Shown here one piece after another: positions 38,566-64,000 of a stretch of 64,000 nucleotides of DNA. A model generated the notes under the pieces. That model was not told the DNA's origin, did no database searches, and saw nothing but the letters and a program-made list of their open reading frames with translations. The position numbers and the translations under genes are program-made. Origin of the DNA: the human T2T-CHM13v2.0 reference genome, Homo sapiens; assembly GCF_009914755.1 (NCBI RefSeq), contig NC_060925.1; one strand, written 5' to 3'. How positions within the stretch are numbered: position 1 is the first letter of the stretch; each line of letters starts with the position of its first letter.

Positions 38566-41165
38566 CCCAGGCTGGTCTCTAACTCCTGGGCTCAAGTGAT
38601 CCTCCCACTTCAGCCTCCCAAAATGCTGGGATGACAGGTATGAGCCATGCGCCTGGCCATTTCTGACATATTCTAGTGGTCTAAGCAGTCACAGGGCCCA
38701 CCCAGCTTCAAGGGAGTGGAGAAATGGACTCTGCCTCTTGATGTGGGCAGTGGCCGGGTCACACTGCAGGAGAGAATATGGGATGGGAGATATTATGAGG
38801 CTGTCTTTGGAAACTGCAATTTGCATAGCTGGGAAGCACTGGTGGGTTTTGGAGACAGGAAATTGCTCATTCTGCCTGGCGGGGGAAGGGAAGAGGAGAC
38901 AGGGGCTGGTGGAATAAGACTGAGGCAAGTTCATGGAAGACCTTGATTCCCACAACAGATCATTAGAACTTTATTCTGTAGCAAGTTGGAAATGATCATT
39001 GCTTTTGGAACAATGGAGAAACTGTGCAGAAAGCAAAGGTCTGTAATTCTAATTCCTTCAACAAGTGGCTCCCCAGGGAAGAGGCTGGAGGCTTCTATTC
39101 CTTCACAGTGACATATCCCAGCCCCACAATGGCATAAAAAGCACACTGCCTCAAATCCACTAAGCATTTATTAGACAATTATTGTATGCTGGGTGCAAGG
39201 CCAGGCTAGGCACTGTAGAGGTGAGTCTATGATTCATAAACCTGAATTCTGGAAATTCCAGTCCATAGCTTCTAGATCCCCTCTTGGATGCCTCATGGCC
39301 CAAAAACCCTTTGCCAGGACAAATATCCTGGTTTTTTACTAGAAAAATATCCAAGTCCAAGCAATGTAAAAGTACAAAGGAGGCTGTGACTTGTCCCTTG
39401 AGTCTGCACAGAGCTGAGAGGGGCTGTGATGGTCCAGGCCCCGAGCTCAGGGATCCGGACCCCAGAGAGTTAAGCGTATATTCGGAGCCAACCCATCCTC
39501 AGGCACCTGCTTAACCCCATCTCTTCCACGCAGCCCATACGCACACATGCATTCACGCATTTATTCATTCAAGTGCCTTCTAAACAGCAGGCCTTGTGCT
39601 GGGTGCTGGCAGGATGGCTATAAGTAAGGCAGGTCCCCCAGGGAGCACCTAGAATAGAAAGGAAGCCGGACCTCCCTACTGATAACAACACTTTCAGGTG
39701 ATAAGTGCTATAACTAAGGTACCTATGAGATGCTGTGAAGAGTCTCAGAGGAGGCTGACCTCCTTCAGATAGGAGGAGAGGCTTTGGGCAGGTCTTGGAG
39801 AAAAAGGAAACTGACATTATCAGCACCCACTAGGGCCCAGGCATTCTGCTAGGGGGTTAACGTGCACTGCTAAGTGACTTATGCACACAAAACCCTTACA
39901 CAGGCCTGGTCTATACAGTAAGGCTAAGTGATTGACACTTAATATTAACAATTATCATCTCCTTTGAGTGTAACAAGAAGGAACTAGAGAGGAGTCGCAA
40001 AGCCTCCTTTACAGTTGAGGAAACAGGCATGGAGGCTAAGTTGTGAGCCCAAGGGGACATAACTAAGCCGGAGTTCAATCCCCAATTTAATTCTAAAGTC
40101 CTGATCTTTGTCTCCACCCTCTTTCTAGTTCATGGAGGAGGGAAGAAGTGGAGGACATTCCCAAAGAGGGGACAAACCTTGGGAAAACTCAATAGTCTCA
40201 AGGAGCCAGGGTGTGGAGTATGTGGGTGCCCAGGTGGGATGGGAGAGGAGGCAGGAGAGAGGTGGCGGGGGCTGAAGTGTAAAGGGCATTGAACACCAGG
40301 TGGGGTAGGAGAGTGGGCTTGATTCTACCCATAGAGAGAATCGACCGAGGGTTCCGCGACGCCCTGGCCGTATTGGAATCTCTCCTTCCAGGTCACACTC
40401 CCGTGACCGCTCGTCACCTAATTAGGCACCCGCCTGTGACCCGTTCACATCCTTCCAGGCAGGGCTGGGCCTGGAACACGGGGCAACTCACAGTCCAGAG
40501 CTTCCTCCTTGTCACGGCCTCCCTCTCAGGCTGTGGTATTTGCTCAGAACCTGAGCCCGGGGGCAGAGAGCACAGAAATATTTATTTATGTCACTGCCAA
40601 CCCTGCCTCCTGGAGGCCCGCACGGGGCACCTCACAGAGAAGCTCAGTTATATAACTCAGAGTTGACACAGCAGGAAGGAGAGGGAAACAAGTTCTAGTT
40701 ATTCCTTTTTCTCAGTCTTAGACACATTTGGAAACTGGATGGCTTGACATTGCCCTGTCTTCTTCCTCCCTCACCTTACTGACCTGGGGTCCCCAGGGAC
40801 CTCGGTGATGCTAGATCCATTGCTGATTTTAACCTCGATTCTCATGTGGCTGGGGGTTTGGGGAGATCTTCCTAGAGGTGGAGGAGGGGAGAGAAAGGAA
40901 ATATATTAAAGGGCTGCTTTGTGCCAAACACTGCCAGGGACTTTATATTTATTATTATTAGTAGTAGTATTAAACAGCAATCCCATGAAGAGGGTCCTGT
41001 TATTACCTCCACTTTACAGAAAAGGAGATGAAGGCACAGAGAGGTTAAGTAACTTTCTAAAGGCCACCCAGCCGAGCCAGGTCAGTCTGGCTCTGACCAC
41101 TACTGGTTCATTTTCAAGCATCTCAAACTGAATCCATAACAAACTGAATCCCATAATAGGGATCC

Positions 41166-44319
<3,154 letters not shown>

Positions 44320-45653
44320 TAATTCCATGGGCATTTTGCACTTAAAATACATTGTAACTCACAGCAGCCACATTTCCGAGGCTCAAATAGCCATGCGTGG
44401 CCAGGGGCACCACGCTGGACAGCACAGATCTAGATGCTGCTGGGTGGTGAAAGCCTGGCTGAGGATTGGGACTTCATTCACCTTAGCTGATGAGTAGCCA
44501 TCCAAAGCTGGGGCAGCGGCGAGCATGCTCAGATGTATTTCTAGAAAGTTCTCTGGGGTGGCTGTACAGTTGATGGATTTTAAGGGGAGAGGGCTTTTCT
44601 ATCCTCTCCACCTTAGGGTGGATGGATCACACTGAGGGCGTTCCCCCACTGGGATATGACTTGGAGGTAGAGATGGGCTCCGTATCCCCAAGAAGGACTC
44701 TCCCGTCCAAGGTAAATGTCAGGTCTGAGGCTCCAACCCCATCAGACCCTTCCTTCCTGTGCCTCTGACCTGCTCTTTCCCGAGGCAGTCAGTGGTCACT
44801 GAATGGTGCAGGCTGGGGCTGAGCTCGGCACCTGCTATGGTTTGTGGGTAACAGATATGGTTCTGGGCAGCTCAGAGAGGAAGTGAAGAACCTGCTAGCC
44901 CCGCCTGGCCAAGCTCCCCGTGCCAGGGCCGGCTCTGGACACACCAGCCCACAGAGGCACACTCGCTTGCACACTTGCTCACACACTCACCGCCCCTCCC
45001 CACTGCTCAGCCCCCTCCTCCTAGGAGTACACAGGCCCCCTGGAGAGCTCAGCACCCCAGCACACCCACCACATCCTTCCCCAAACCTCGTTCCTGCTCA
45101 TGTTTGCATTTCCTGGACCCCCAGCTCACACTTGCCTCGCACGTTCCGCACGTCCTAAAAGTCTCTTCCACTTTTCCTCTGGCACGTCAAGGAGCGGGCA
45201 GGATGGGTGCTGCCAGGCCCTGGTTTGGGAAGCAGGAAACTGGATCCCAATCCTGCCCCAGTAGCTCTGTGATTTTGGACGATTTACTCAGTCTCTCTGA
45301 GCCTCAGTGACCCTGGGTGTGAAGCAGAATGGAGTTTGATAAGGATCCAATGGGACTGTGAACATGAAGCCCATGCCCAGTGGTGGGCATGGAAAAGGCA
45401 CCCAGAAGGAGCAACCACGACTGTGTGGGAAGTGTCCACCCTCTACACCCCAGGTCTAGGAAAGCCAGGCCCTGCTCACACACCTCCACGCCTGTCTATG
45501 GGGCAGACCTGGGTCCTCCCAGCCTTCACACCTGAGGTTCTCCCAGGCCCCATCAGCCTTCAGGGACAGGACTCATATCACGTTGAAACCAGGTGGTTCG
45601 GCTCAAACACAGACCCCTGAGCTTAGCTCTGTAGTGGGCAAGGCATCAGTGTC

Positions 45654-47015
<1,362 letters not shown>

Positions 47016-47112
47016 ATGTCCCAGGACTCTGAGCTCCACAGCAGATTCTTCAGAGACAACATCAGGGGCCCAGTAGACACTGGAGACGGTGTCCAGGACA
47101 GGTCAGCTCTGA

Positions 47113-48372
<1,260 letters not shown>

Positions 48373-49148
48373 CTAGTTAGTGAAGGAGTCAGAACTAGCT
48401 CCCTCATCCTGATCCTCTCTGCACAGCCGCATTGCCCCGTCCAGAGCTTCTCCTGCCCTCCCTCGCTGTCCCCATCCTCCACCCTCACCACTGCCACCCT
48501 GCACAGATGGCTCCCCTGCCTGTCCCCCGACCTGCCTTTCTTGGTCCAGTTTCCCAGCCACAGAAAGGCCACTTAGGTCTGTGCGGCATCCACATCCCAC
48601 CTCCTGACAAAGCTGGGGGCTGGCACTGCTGCTTGAGAGGGTGGGAAGAAAAGACAGGCGGCAGGCCAAGATGAGAGTGTAGGTTTAAATGACACCGCAG
48701 GTCCCCCAGACAAACGCCCCTCTGTATCTTTGGGCCTATTGTGACTGGCCACTGGCCAGCTCACACCGTGGGCAGCTTGAACGGCTGGGATTGTTTCCCC
48801 AACTCCTGTCCTCTCTGGAGTCCAGCGGCTGCCAGGCCCAGGCTTGGCAGGAAAGGGGAGGGGTGTTCCTTCTGGAATGGAGGGTGTGGAGGCAAACAAG
48901 CCTCGGGGAGGGTGTCCTGAACCAAGTGAGAGGCTGGAAGAGTCACAAGGAGGAAGGGGCCAGAGAGGGAGGTCCCTGGTCCCCAGCTGTTCAGTTTGCA
49001 GGAGGGCAAACTGCAGTCCAGACAGAACAAGTGGCCTGCCCCAGGTCACACAGAAAGTAAGTAACAGGGGTGAGACTAGAACCCAGGATTCCTAACTCCA
49101 GCCCAGGGTTCTTGCCCCCCATCTCAGGCCTCTCTGTTGGAGTTTTCA

Positions 49149-52125
<2,977 letters not shown>

Positions 52126-52334
52126 AACAAAAATCCGTTCAAAACTCTAGGTGAGGTGGGCAGAGCTTGTCAACTAGCAGCCTCTCCATAGGCCGACTGG
52201 ACAGAACCTGGCCATTGTATTAGAAGATTCTCTAGTCAATCAGTATCTGTAGGTCTATTCCCTTTGGCTGGTCTGTTTCCCAGAGCCTAGGCTTTGACAT
52301 TCCCATTTTCAGCCAGAGATTAGCCTTTGGCAGA

Positions 52335-52692
52335 GCTGAGCTTCCCAGACAAATGTGCCTATGAATCTCCTGGGGTCTGGCCGAGGGGTAGGTTCTGGCT
52401 AGCAGGCCTGAGTGGAGCTGAGATTCTGCATTCCCAACAAAGCGCCAGAGCTGCCGGTGCTGCTGATCCATGGACCACACTGTGAGGGCCACAGCCTGCG
52501 GCAGCACTGCCCAAAATGACTTGACACCATCCTGTGCTGTCCAATGCGGGAGCCACCAGCCACGGCGGGTACTGGGCAGCTGAAATGTGGCTAATGCGAC
52601 GGAGACACTACATTCTTAATTGTATTTAAGTGTAATTAATTTTTCTTTAACTTGCCATGGCTACATGTGGCTATCATGTCAGGCAGTGCAGG
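52335..52692. mobile_element. hAT DNA-transposon relics (MER5A-like ~52335-52508; MER3-like ~52530-52692)
   Basis: ctgagattctgcatt...ggaccacact and tgctgtccaat...tgaaatgtggcta motifs. Confidence 0.6.
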
Positions 52693-52772
52693 GTTACCTC
52701 CTCCTGGCTGCCTCTGCAGACGGGGGCAGAACTCACTCTGTTCTGCAGGGTGGAGGAGGCCCACAGTGGTGA

Positions 52773-53810
<1,038 letters not shown>

Positions 53811-54680
53811 TAAAAGATGTATCCCAAACTTTGTTTATGTCAAGATAAGGCCAACCGGAATTCATCCTTCTTACCTGTAAGTTCCCTGCAGGCAGGAAAT
53901 TCATTGTGTTCAGTAGCCTAGAGAAACCACCCTAAGTTACTGCACGGACTGAGAGTCGCTGGGAGAAGTCCAAGGCTCTGCCTGTCTGGGAAAGAGAGCC
54001 CAGCTAACCAACCCAGCGCACTTCCTCTAGTCTGTAAAGGGATTGATGAGGCTCATGGAGGGGCCAGACAGCTGAAAGACATCCTTGCAAATCAGAACTG
54101 GCCAGAGAGGGGCCTAAAGCAGACAGTCTACTTTAGTAGACATTTACAAGACTAAAGTCCTTACAAGACCAAAGACCTTCTAAGCCCTTGGCAGGGAGGA
54201 ACTCTGGAAAGGAAGATTTGAGATTGGTTATGAGTTAACTAGGCAAATAAATCCCACAGATGGGATAGAATTCTGGCTGGCAGGGGCTGGGCTGGACCGG
54301 TCCTTCAGGACAGGATGAACTATGGATACCTTTGAAGTGAAGTTAGAGGTAAGTTGGTGCTAAGACTTACATGAAATCAGCTTGCTCAGCAGGGAAGGAA
54401 TCAGGCCTGCCCAGTTGCCTCTTGAGCCCACTCCCTATTCCCCTACCCCAGCTGGCCTAGCGGCTCCAGGACTCTTTCTCTGTCCGTCTCTCACAGCCCT
54501 TCTCAGGCGCACCCTCCTGATTCGTTGCTCGTGCCGACCACCCCCTGCACACATCGGATCCACCTCAGTGCCTCCCGTGGTGCTTGGCCTGTGTGTCTGC
54601 GTGTAAAGGCAGTGTAGATGAAGCAGGAGTGGATTCAGAGTGCACACCTTGGGATCAGACAGATAAGAGTCCAACTCCTA

Positions 54681-55194
54681 TGTAGGAAGCTGAATAATGG
54701 CCTCCCAAAAACATCCTCATCCTAATCCCCCAAACCTCAGAATATGTTAGTTTGCACAGCAAAAGGAACTTTGCAGATGTAATTAAGTTCATGACTTTGA
54801 GGTGGGGAGATTATCCTGGATTAGCTGAGTGGGCCCAATGTCATCATAAGGTTCTTTATAAGGGAGAGGCAGGAGGGTCACAGAGAGAGGAAGAGATGTG
54901 ATGATGGAAGCAGAGATCAGAGAGAGCGAGGTAAGACGATGCTACGCTGCTGGTCTGAAGATGGAGGAAGAAACCACGAGCCAAGGAATGCAGGCAGCTT
55001 GCAAGAAAAGGCCCAGAAATGAATTCTCCCCTAGAGCCTCCAGAAGGAACACAGCCCTGCTAACACTTTGATTTTAGCCCACTAAGGCCAACTTTAGAAT
55101 TCTGACCTCTTAAACTGAAAGAAGATTAATGTGTGTTGTTTTAAGCCACTAAATTTGCAATAATTTGTTAGAGCAGCAATAGGAAACGTATAGA
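54681..55194 (+). mobile_element. MLT1D-like MaLR solo LTR inserted in a MIR
   Basis: Typical MLT1 motifs (ttgcagatgtaattaag, gagattatcctggatt, gttttaagccactaa); exact 5-bp TSD TCCTA (54676-54680, 55195-55199). Confidence 0.85.
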
Positions 55195-55514
55195 TCCTAG
55201 CTTTGCCATGTATCAGCACAGATGCCTCAGGCAAGTTTCCTAACTTCTCTGAGCCTCAGCTCCTATGTCTGTAAAATAGGAATAATATATGGAGAAAACA
55301 TATACAAAGTACTTGGCATGGTAACTGGCACGTAAAAGACACTTGATCAATGGCAGTAATTGTGCTTTTGGTCATCGCCATCGTCGTCATCATCATGGTT
55401 ATTGGTTGTTTATCCACAGGTATGAAAACAGACTGGACATTTTCCTTCTTATCTAGTTCTTCTTGGATAGGGAGAATAGGAAACTGTTAAGAGGCAGGCC
55501 AAATAGCTCTACTC

Positions 55515-56141
<627 letters not shown>

Positions 56142-58858
56142 CTAGCAGGGTCACTGACCATCAGAGTGTCCCCAGGAATACTGCTTACCTCCCGGGGACC
56201 AGGATCGCCGAGGACGGTTTGGAGTAGGAGATCTGAGTTTGAGACTCAGCTCCTCCACTGACCTGCTGTTAGATTTTGGGCAAGTCCCTTAACCTCTCTG
56301 AGCCTCCGTTTCCTATCAGCACAGTGGAGATGAAAAGACCTGCCTCGCTGTGTGGATTGAATGGGGAAGCATGTGAAAGCACAGTGCCTGGCACTTGCAT
56401 AGGGTCTGCTTGAGTGTGGGCTTCCTTCCCTCCTGGCCTAGAATATCGAGGTGGCATTATTATCCTCTGACATATTCACTGAGGGGCATAAACCCATTAA
56501 CCCTGTGCCCTCCCCCCGCCCCACAGGGACAGCGGGACACCTGGAGATTTACATGGGAGCTCCTATGGAGGTCGAGGACTCTCAAGAGTTGGGTCCTTGG
56601 CTTGAGCCCAGAGACTGAGAGGTAGACGGAAGCCACAGGTCACATTCTAGCTCTCAGTCAATCTCCACCACAATGTCCACGGGTCTCTTCCTCCCACCGA
56701 CTTCTGGCACTGTGTGTGCCACCCTTTTGGCACCAGCAAAGTAAGCCTTGTGACCACTTTCAGCTGGGGTTTCTATTTATAACTCTTAGCACACTCAGCT
56801 TATCATATCTGCAGGTCTTGGGTTAGAAGCTCCTGGAGTCCCCTTTTCTTACAATGTGGGTCACAAAAATCAGAGCAAAGGACATCTGAGCCACCGTTTG
56901 ACAGGGTGGGGAAGTAAGACTTCCCCTGAAGTCTGTGTGTGGTGGGCCTGAAACCCAGACTTCTGGAGCCACAGGCTGCGGCTTTTGCCATAGGACTGCA
57001 GTATGATATTGATCAGGCACCTTTCTGTGGTCAGTGCTGGGCTAGGCATGGGGTGGGCGGTGGGGTGGGGTTGATGCCCAGTACATGTGATTGAAGAAAA
57101 GATTCTGAAAGGAAACAATTCCTTTTCTCATTCTTTCGGTCTGAGTTCCTCAGGACATAATCCCCTTGGCCCCTCTGGTTTTTTGGTTTTTATTTTATTT
57201 ATTTATGTATTGTTCTTTGGTTTAAAACAGACCCACGGCCCTCTTTGCGTCTTCTCAGTCCTATGCACAGGGTGGGCATTGATTGAATGGATGGGAGGAC
57301 AGATGGACAGAAGAACGGGTGGAAGGACTGTGTGCCCAGTGAGTGGGTGGGCGGGTGGGTGGGTGGGGACATGAGTGGATAGCAGGATGAAAGAATAGAT
57401 GGGTAAATGGAGCAGAAAATGTGCTCCCTTATTTCTGGGAACCAACTACAAGGAACACATGTTCAGTATGTAATTGTGTATGGCCTCCAGTTCAGGGGAG
57501 CACACGGCAGAATTCCTACCCCAACTTTGGGAGCTGTGATACACAGAGCCATGAACAGACAGGGCAGACGGGGTGGGGAGCTTATGATAAGGGATCCAAG
57601 AGGAATAGAGGGTGAAGGAAATGGCCATGAAGGATTCAGGCGGCTCGGGTGACTATGTACCCTACAGAGTGCTTGGAAGTTCATTCCCGGGTTTCCTTTC
57701 TTGTGCACTGCTGTTGCCAAATCAAAGCCCCTTCATGGAATCTGCCTCGGTTTGTTCCAGTCTCTAGTGCCTTCTAGGAAGGATCGCTGCTTTCCAGAGT
57801 GATGTGCTCACGCTGACTTCCCTCTCCTCACATCCCCTGAGTCCATATCTACAAAGAAGAATAAGCTTTTGGAAGACACTGGTTCTTGTGAAGCTATGAA
57901 CAGTTCCATGTAACAGAATCACTGGTTGGAAAAGCCCTTAGAGATGATCTCCAAACTGGGCTATTTTACAGGCAGGAAAACCAAGGTCCAGGGAAGGGAG
58001 AGGACTTTCCAGGATCAGGTAGCAAATGAGTGACAAGGGAAATCCTGGTCTTCCGAGTCTCAGGTTATGAATCCACAGCTTGCTCTTCCCCTGCCCAGCC
58101 ACAGCCCCTGTGTCCCACCGGTCCCATCAGGACTTTTTTCTCTTTGGGGGAGATTTCACTATTTCTTCTGTCTCTGCTCTCAGTGGAGATGGAGAGGAAG
58201 ATCAGGTCCTTCAGAGGTCCTGGTGAATCCCTGCTCAGATCCCCTCCTTGGGACACCAGCGTTCATGGTCTGACTCCCTCACCTCCCTGTTTATACCTGA
58301 GTTTGACCAAATGCAGCCCAAAACTTGACCAGACAGAGAACAAGGAATTCAAGCTCCAAAGAGAGCAGGGAGAACACAGACTGGAGCCAGGGAGAAGCGA
58401 AGAAGGGCTGGGAACTGGCATGAGCACTCCAGGCACTCTGTTGGGCAATTATGGTATCTCATTTATTCTCACAACCCCACGAGACAGGGGCTGTTATCCC
58501 TGTTTTACAAATGAAAGAGCGGCTCAGTTTATCAAGCTGGTCAGTGATGAGGCAAAGATGAAAATCCAGGTCTAGGCAACCCCAAAGCCCTTGCTGGGTC
58601 ATGAGCCCCGAGACAATGTGCTGTGTCACAGCACTGTCATTTAGCCACCCAGGAGGAGCGGAAATGTCTCTCCTGAGGGTCCAAATCAACACGGTCAAGG
58701 CTAACAGGGATCAATGCAAAGTCCTGATTGTCAGGAAGTCATCTGCACAAGTGCAGAATGGAGTCCTGGCGAATGGACAGCAGACCATCATGATATTGTC
58801 ATCATGCGACTGTCACTGCCGCTCTCTTTCCACTTTGCAGTTTATAAAGTTCCTTCAC

Positions 58859-60190
<1,332 letters not shown>

Positions 60191-60322
60191 GAAAAGTGCT
60201 CTTAATCCTGACAGGTTTTCACTTAGAAGAGGTAGCAGATTTACCTTTGTGGAGAGATAATTTGCACCAATAAGTAAAAATTACAAGATGCCAATATGAA
60301 GGTCAATTTTCTTTTTCTTTTA

Positions 60323-60449
60323 TTTTTTCTTTTATTTTTTTTTAGGAGTTTAGGAGCGGAGGTTTAATAGGCAAAAGAAAGAGAAAGAAACAGAAAGGAA
60401 AACAGCTCTGTCTTTAGTGAGAAAGATGGGACTTCTGAGAGGAAAAGAC
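60323..60449 (-). mobile_element. Short polyadenylated retrocopy of an LTR-like 3' end (MER61/ERV1-like)
   Basis: Minus-strand ATTAAA (60363-60368) ~19 nt before a decayed poly(A); flanked by a 19/20 direct repeat at 60303-60322 and 60450-60469. Confidence 0.65.
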
Positions 60450-60470
60450 TCAATTTTCTTTTCCTTTTAA

Positions 60471-60638
<168 letters not shown>

Positions 60639-62188
60639 TGACCATTAAAACATCCCAATATCTCCAGGAGCTGCTTGGGAGTAGTGAGCCACTTGTCTGT
60701 GGAGGAGATCAAGTCCTGCTGAATCTCCCATCCCTCAGGAGATTGGGAGAAATCAATCCCAATGTTTTGGTGGGTCGAGGGCTTTCGTGGGTTACCTGCT
60801 CTGAGTTACAGGTGGTCAATTGAGGAGAGGTCTGCCGGGGTTGGTAGTCTCTCTATTGTCTTATCCAGGGAGGAACTTGTAAGCCAGGCCAGAGGGAGAG
60901 GGGGTACCCCTAGGGCAGAGCTTCAGGGGAGATATTTTGGACAGGTGGGAGTCTGACAGCGTTTATCTTCCACATTCAGCTCTTAGACTTGGCCAAGAGC
61001 TAGTCAGAGAAGGATGGATCCGTGAATAAATGGTTATGACCTGCCATCACTTCCCAAACTCGCCTCCCACACAGGCCTTTGTAAACAACCCAAGAAAACA
61101 ACAGTCCCTTGTAGATTCTGTAAATGTGATCGAGGCTCTGCTGAACACAGAGGCTCAGAGTGTGGCCAAGGGCAGGAGTAGTTGGGTAGGAGTCAGGGTC
61201 AGGGTCATAGGCCTGGGGCAAGGGCCCTCGTCTGTCTGCTGAACCCTGGCCTGTGTGGGTTTTTTCATCAAAGCCCCACATTGATTTGGGCCCTGGATGC
61301 TGGGCCACCTGTGCTTTGTGGATTTGCTGGGAGGGTTTTTGAAGAAGGGGCTGTGAAATCGGATAGACCCTGGTTTGAATCCTGGCATGGTTGGCATAGT
61401 TTTCATATTAGCCTTGTGAAGTTAAGGCAGTTTCTTCTCTGCTCCAAGCCTCAGATTCCTCATCTTCAGAATGGACAAAGTGCCTGTGCCCTCCTTACAG
61501 GACTGGTATGAAGATTAAGTGAGATCTCCAACATAAAGCACCGAGTGCGGTGCCGGACACATAGCGCATTATTATTATTATTAAATTAACCTCTGTCAGT
61601 GAAGACTGGCCTCCCTCTCCCTGTCCTCTTTGTGTTTTCTATGGTCATGGCCCCTGGTCTTAGGGAGGTTTGATACTGAAGTGCTCCTGCTGGCCCTCAC
61701 TTGGTTAACAACTGTTGCTGGGGCCCCACACATGAAAACACCCACATGCTTGGCCATGGCTGTGCTACCACCCTCCCTCCCACCTTCTCTGATGCAGCAG
61801 GGACAGAGATGCAATTGAGAGCCCTCAGTCCCGAGATGAGGCAAGATATGCTCTGAGATTCCTCACTGTTCTCTGAGAGAGAAGAGCTACTGGGCCCATC
61901 CAAAAGACAGTCTGCACCTGGAACTCGGCACCCAGGAGGTCACCCCTGCAGGACCTGTAGAGGAGCCTGTGTCCTGGTGGCCTTAGGTGGCTGCATTACT
62001 GGTCAGTGTGTGTATGTGTGTGCATGTGTGTGCCTCCATGTATTCCTGCAGTGACTGGTCATAGACCCCACCAGTGTGTGTCAGGGACAGGGTGGTGTGG
62101 TAGGAAGGATGCAGACGTTGCCACATGCAACACCCAGGTTCACAAACCAGCTCTGTAGCTTTGGGGCTACGTAAGTGTGGATAGTTAG

Positions 62189-63944
<1,756 letters not shown>

Positions 63945-64000
63945 TGGGCCGTGTCTTGAAGGCTACGCTCTTTTTCTTGGGGAGCAATAGGGCATGGCTA

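Noticed and set aside
58030-58575. 181-aa + strand ORF in the intron
   Set aside because: Non-ATG start, overlaps MIR-derived sequence at its ends, and has no recognisable domain; not the NCMAP protein as I recall it.

Overview
This is human (primate) genomic DNA: very Alu-dense, with MIR, L2, L1M and LTR relics. It contains the last three coding exons of RCAN3 (regulator of calcineurin 3, + strand; 3606-3779, 5471-5642, 7481-7665) and a ~5.7 kb 3' UTR with alternative poly(A) signals. Next come a ~15 kb repeat-rich intergenic interval with a strong CTCF-like motif and a CpG-island promoter at ~28.2-28.9 kb. From recalled 1p36.11 gene order, not from coding sequence in the window, that promoter belongs to NCMAP, with a non-coding exon 1 and probably a divergent lncRNA. 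The remaining ~35 kb appears to be the first intron of that gene. It holds an RPL26 processed pseudogene split by an Alu, and several solo LTRs. Almost all ORFs in the supplied track are Alu, GC-island or antisense artefacts. I see no evidence of a new protein-coding system, CRISPR array or RNA gene. The most interesting items are regulatory or evolutionary: (1) an isoform-specific inverted-Alu hairpin in the RCAN3 3' UTR; (2) a sense THE1-type LTR with an intact DUX4 motif and splice donor, inserted inside an Alu; (3) a polyadenylated, TSD-flanked retrocopy of an LTR 3' end; (4) apparent gene conversion between neighbouring inverted Alus; (5) nested retroinsertions with readable TSDs. Repeat subfamily names come from visual recall of consensus sequences and need RepeatMasker/Dfam confirmation.
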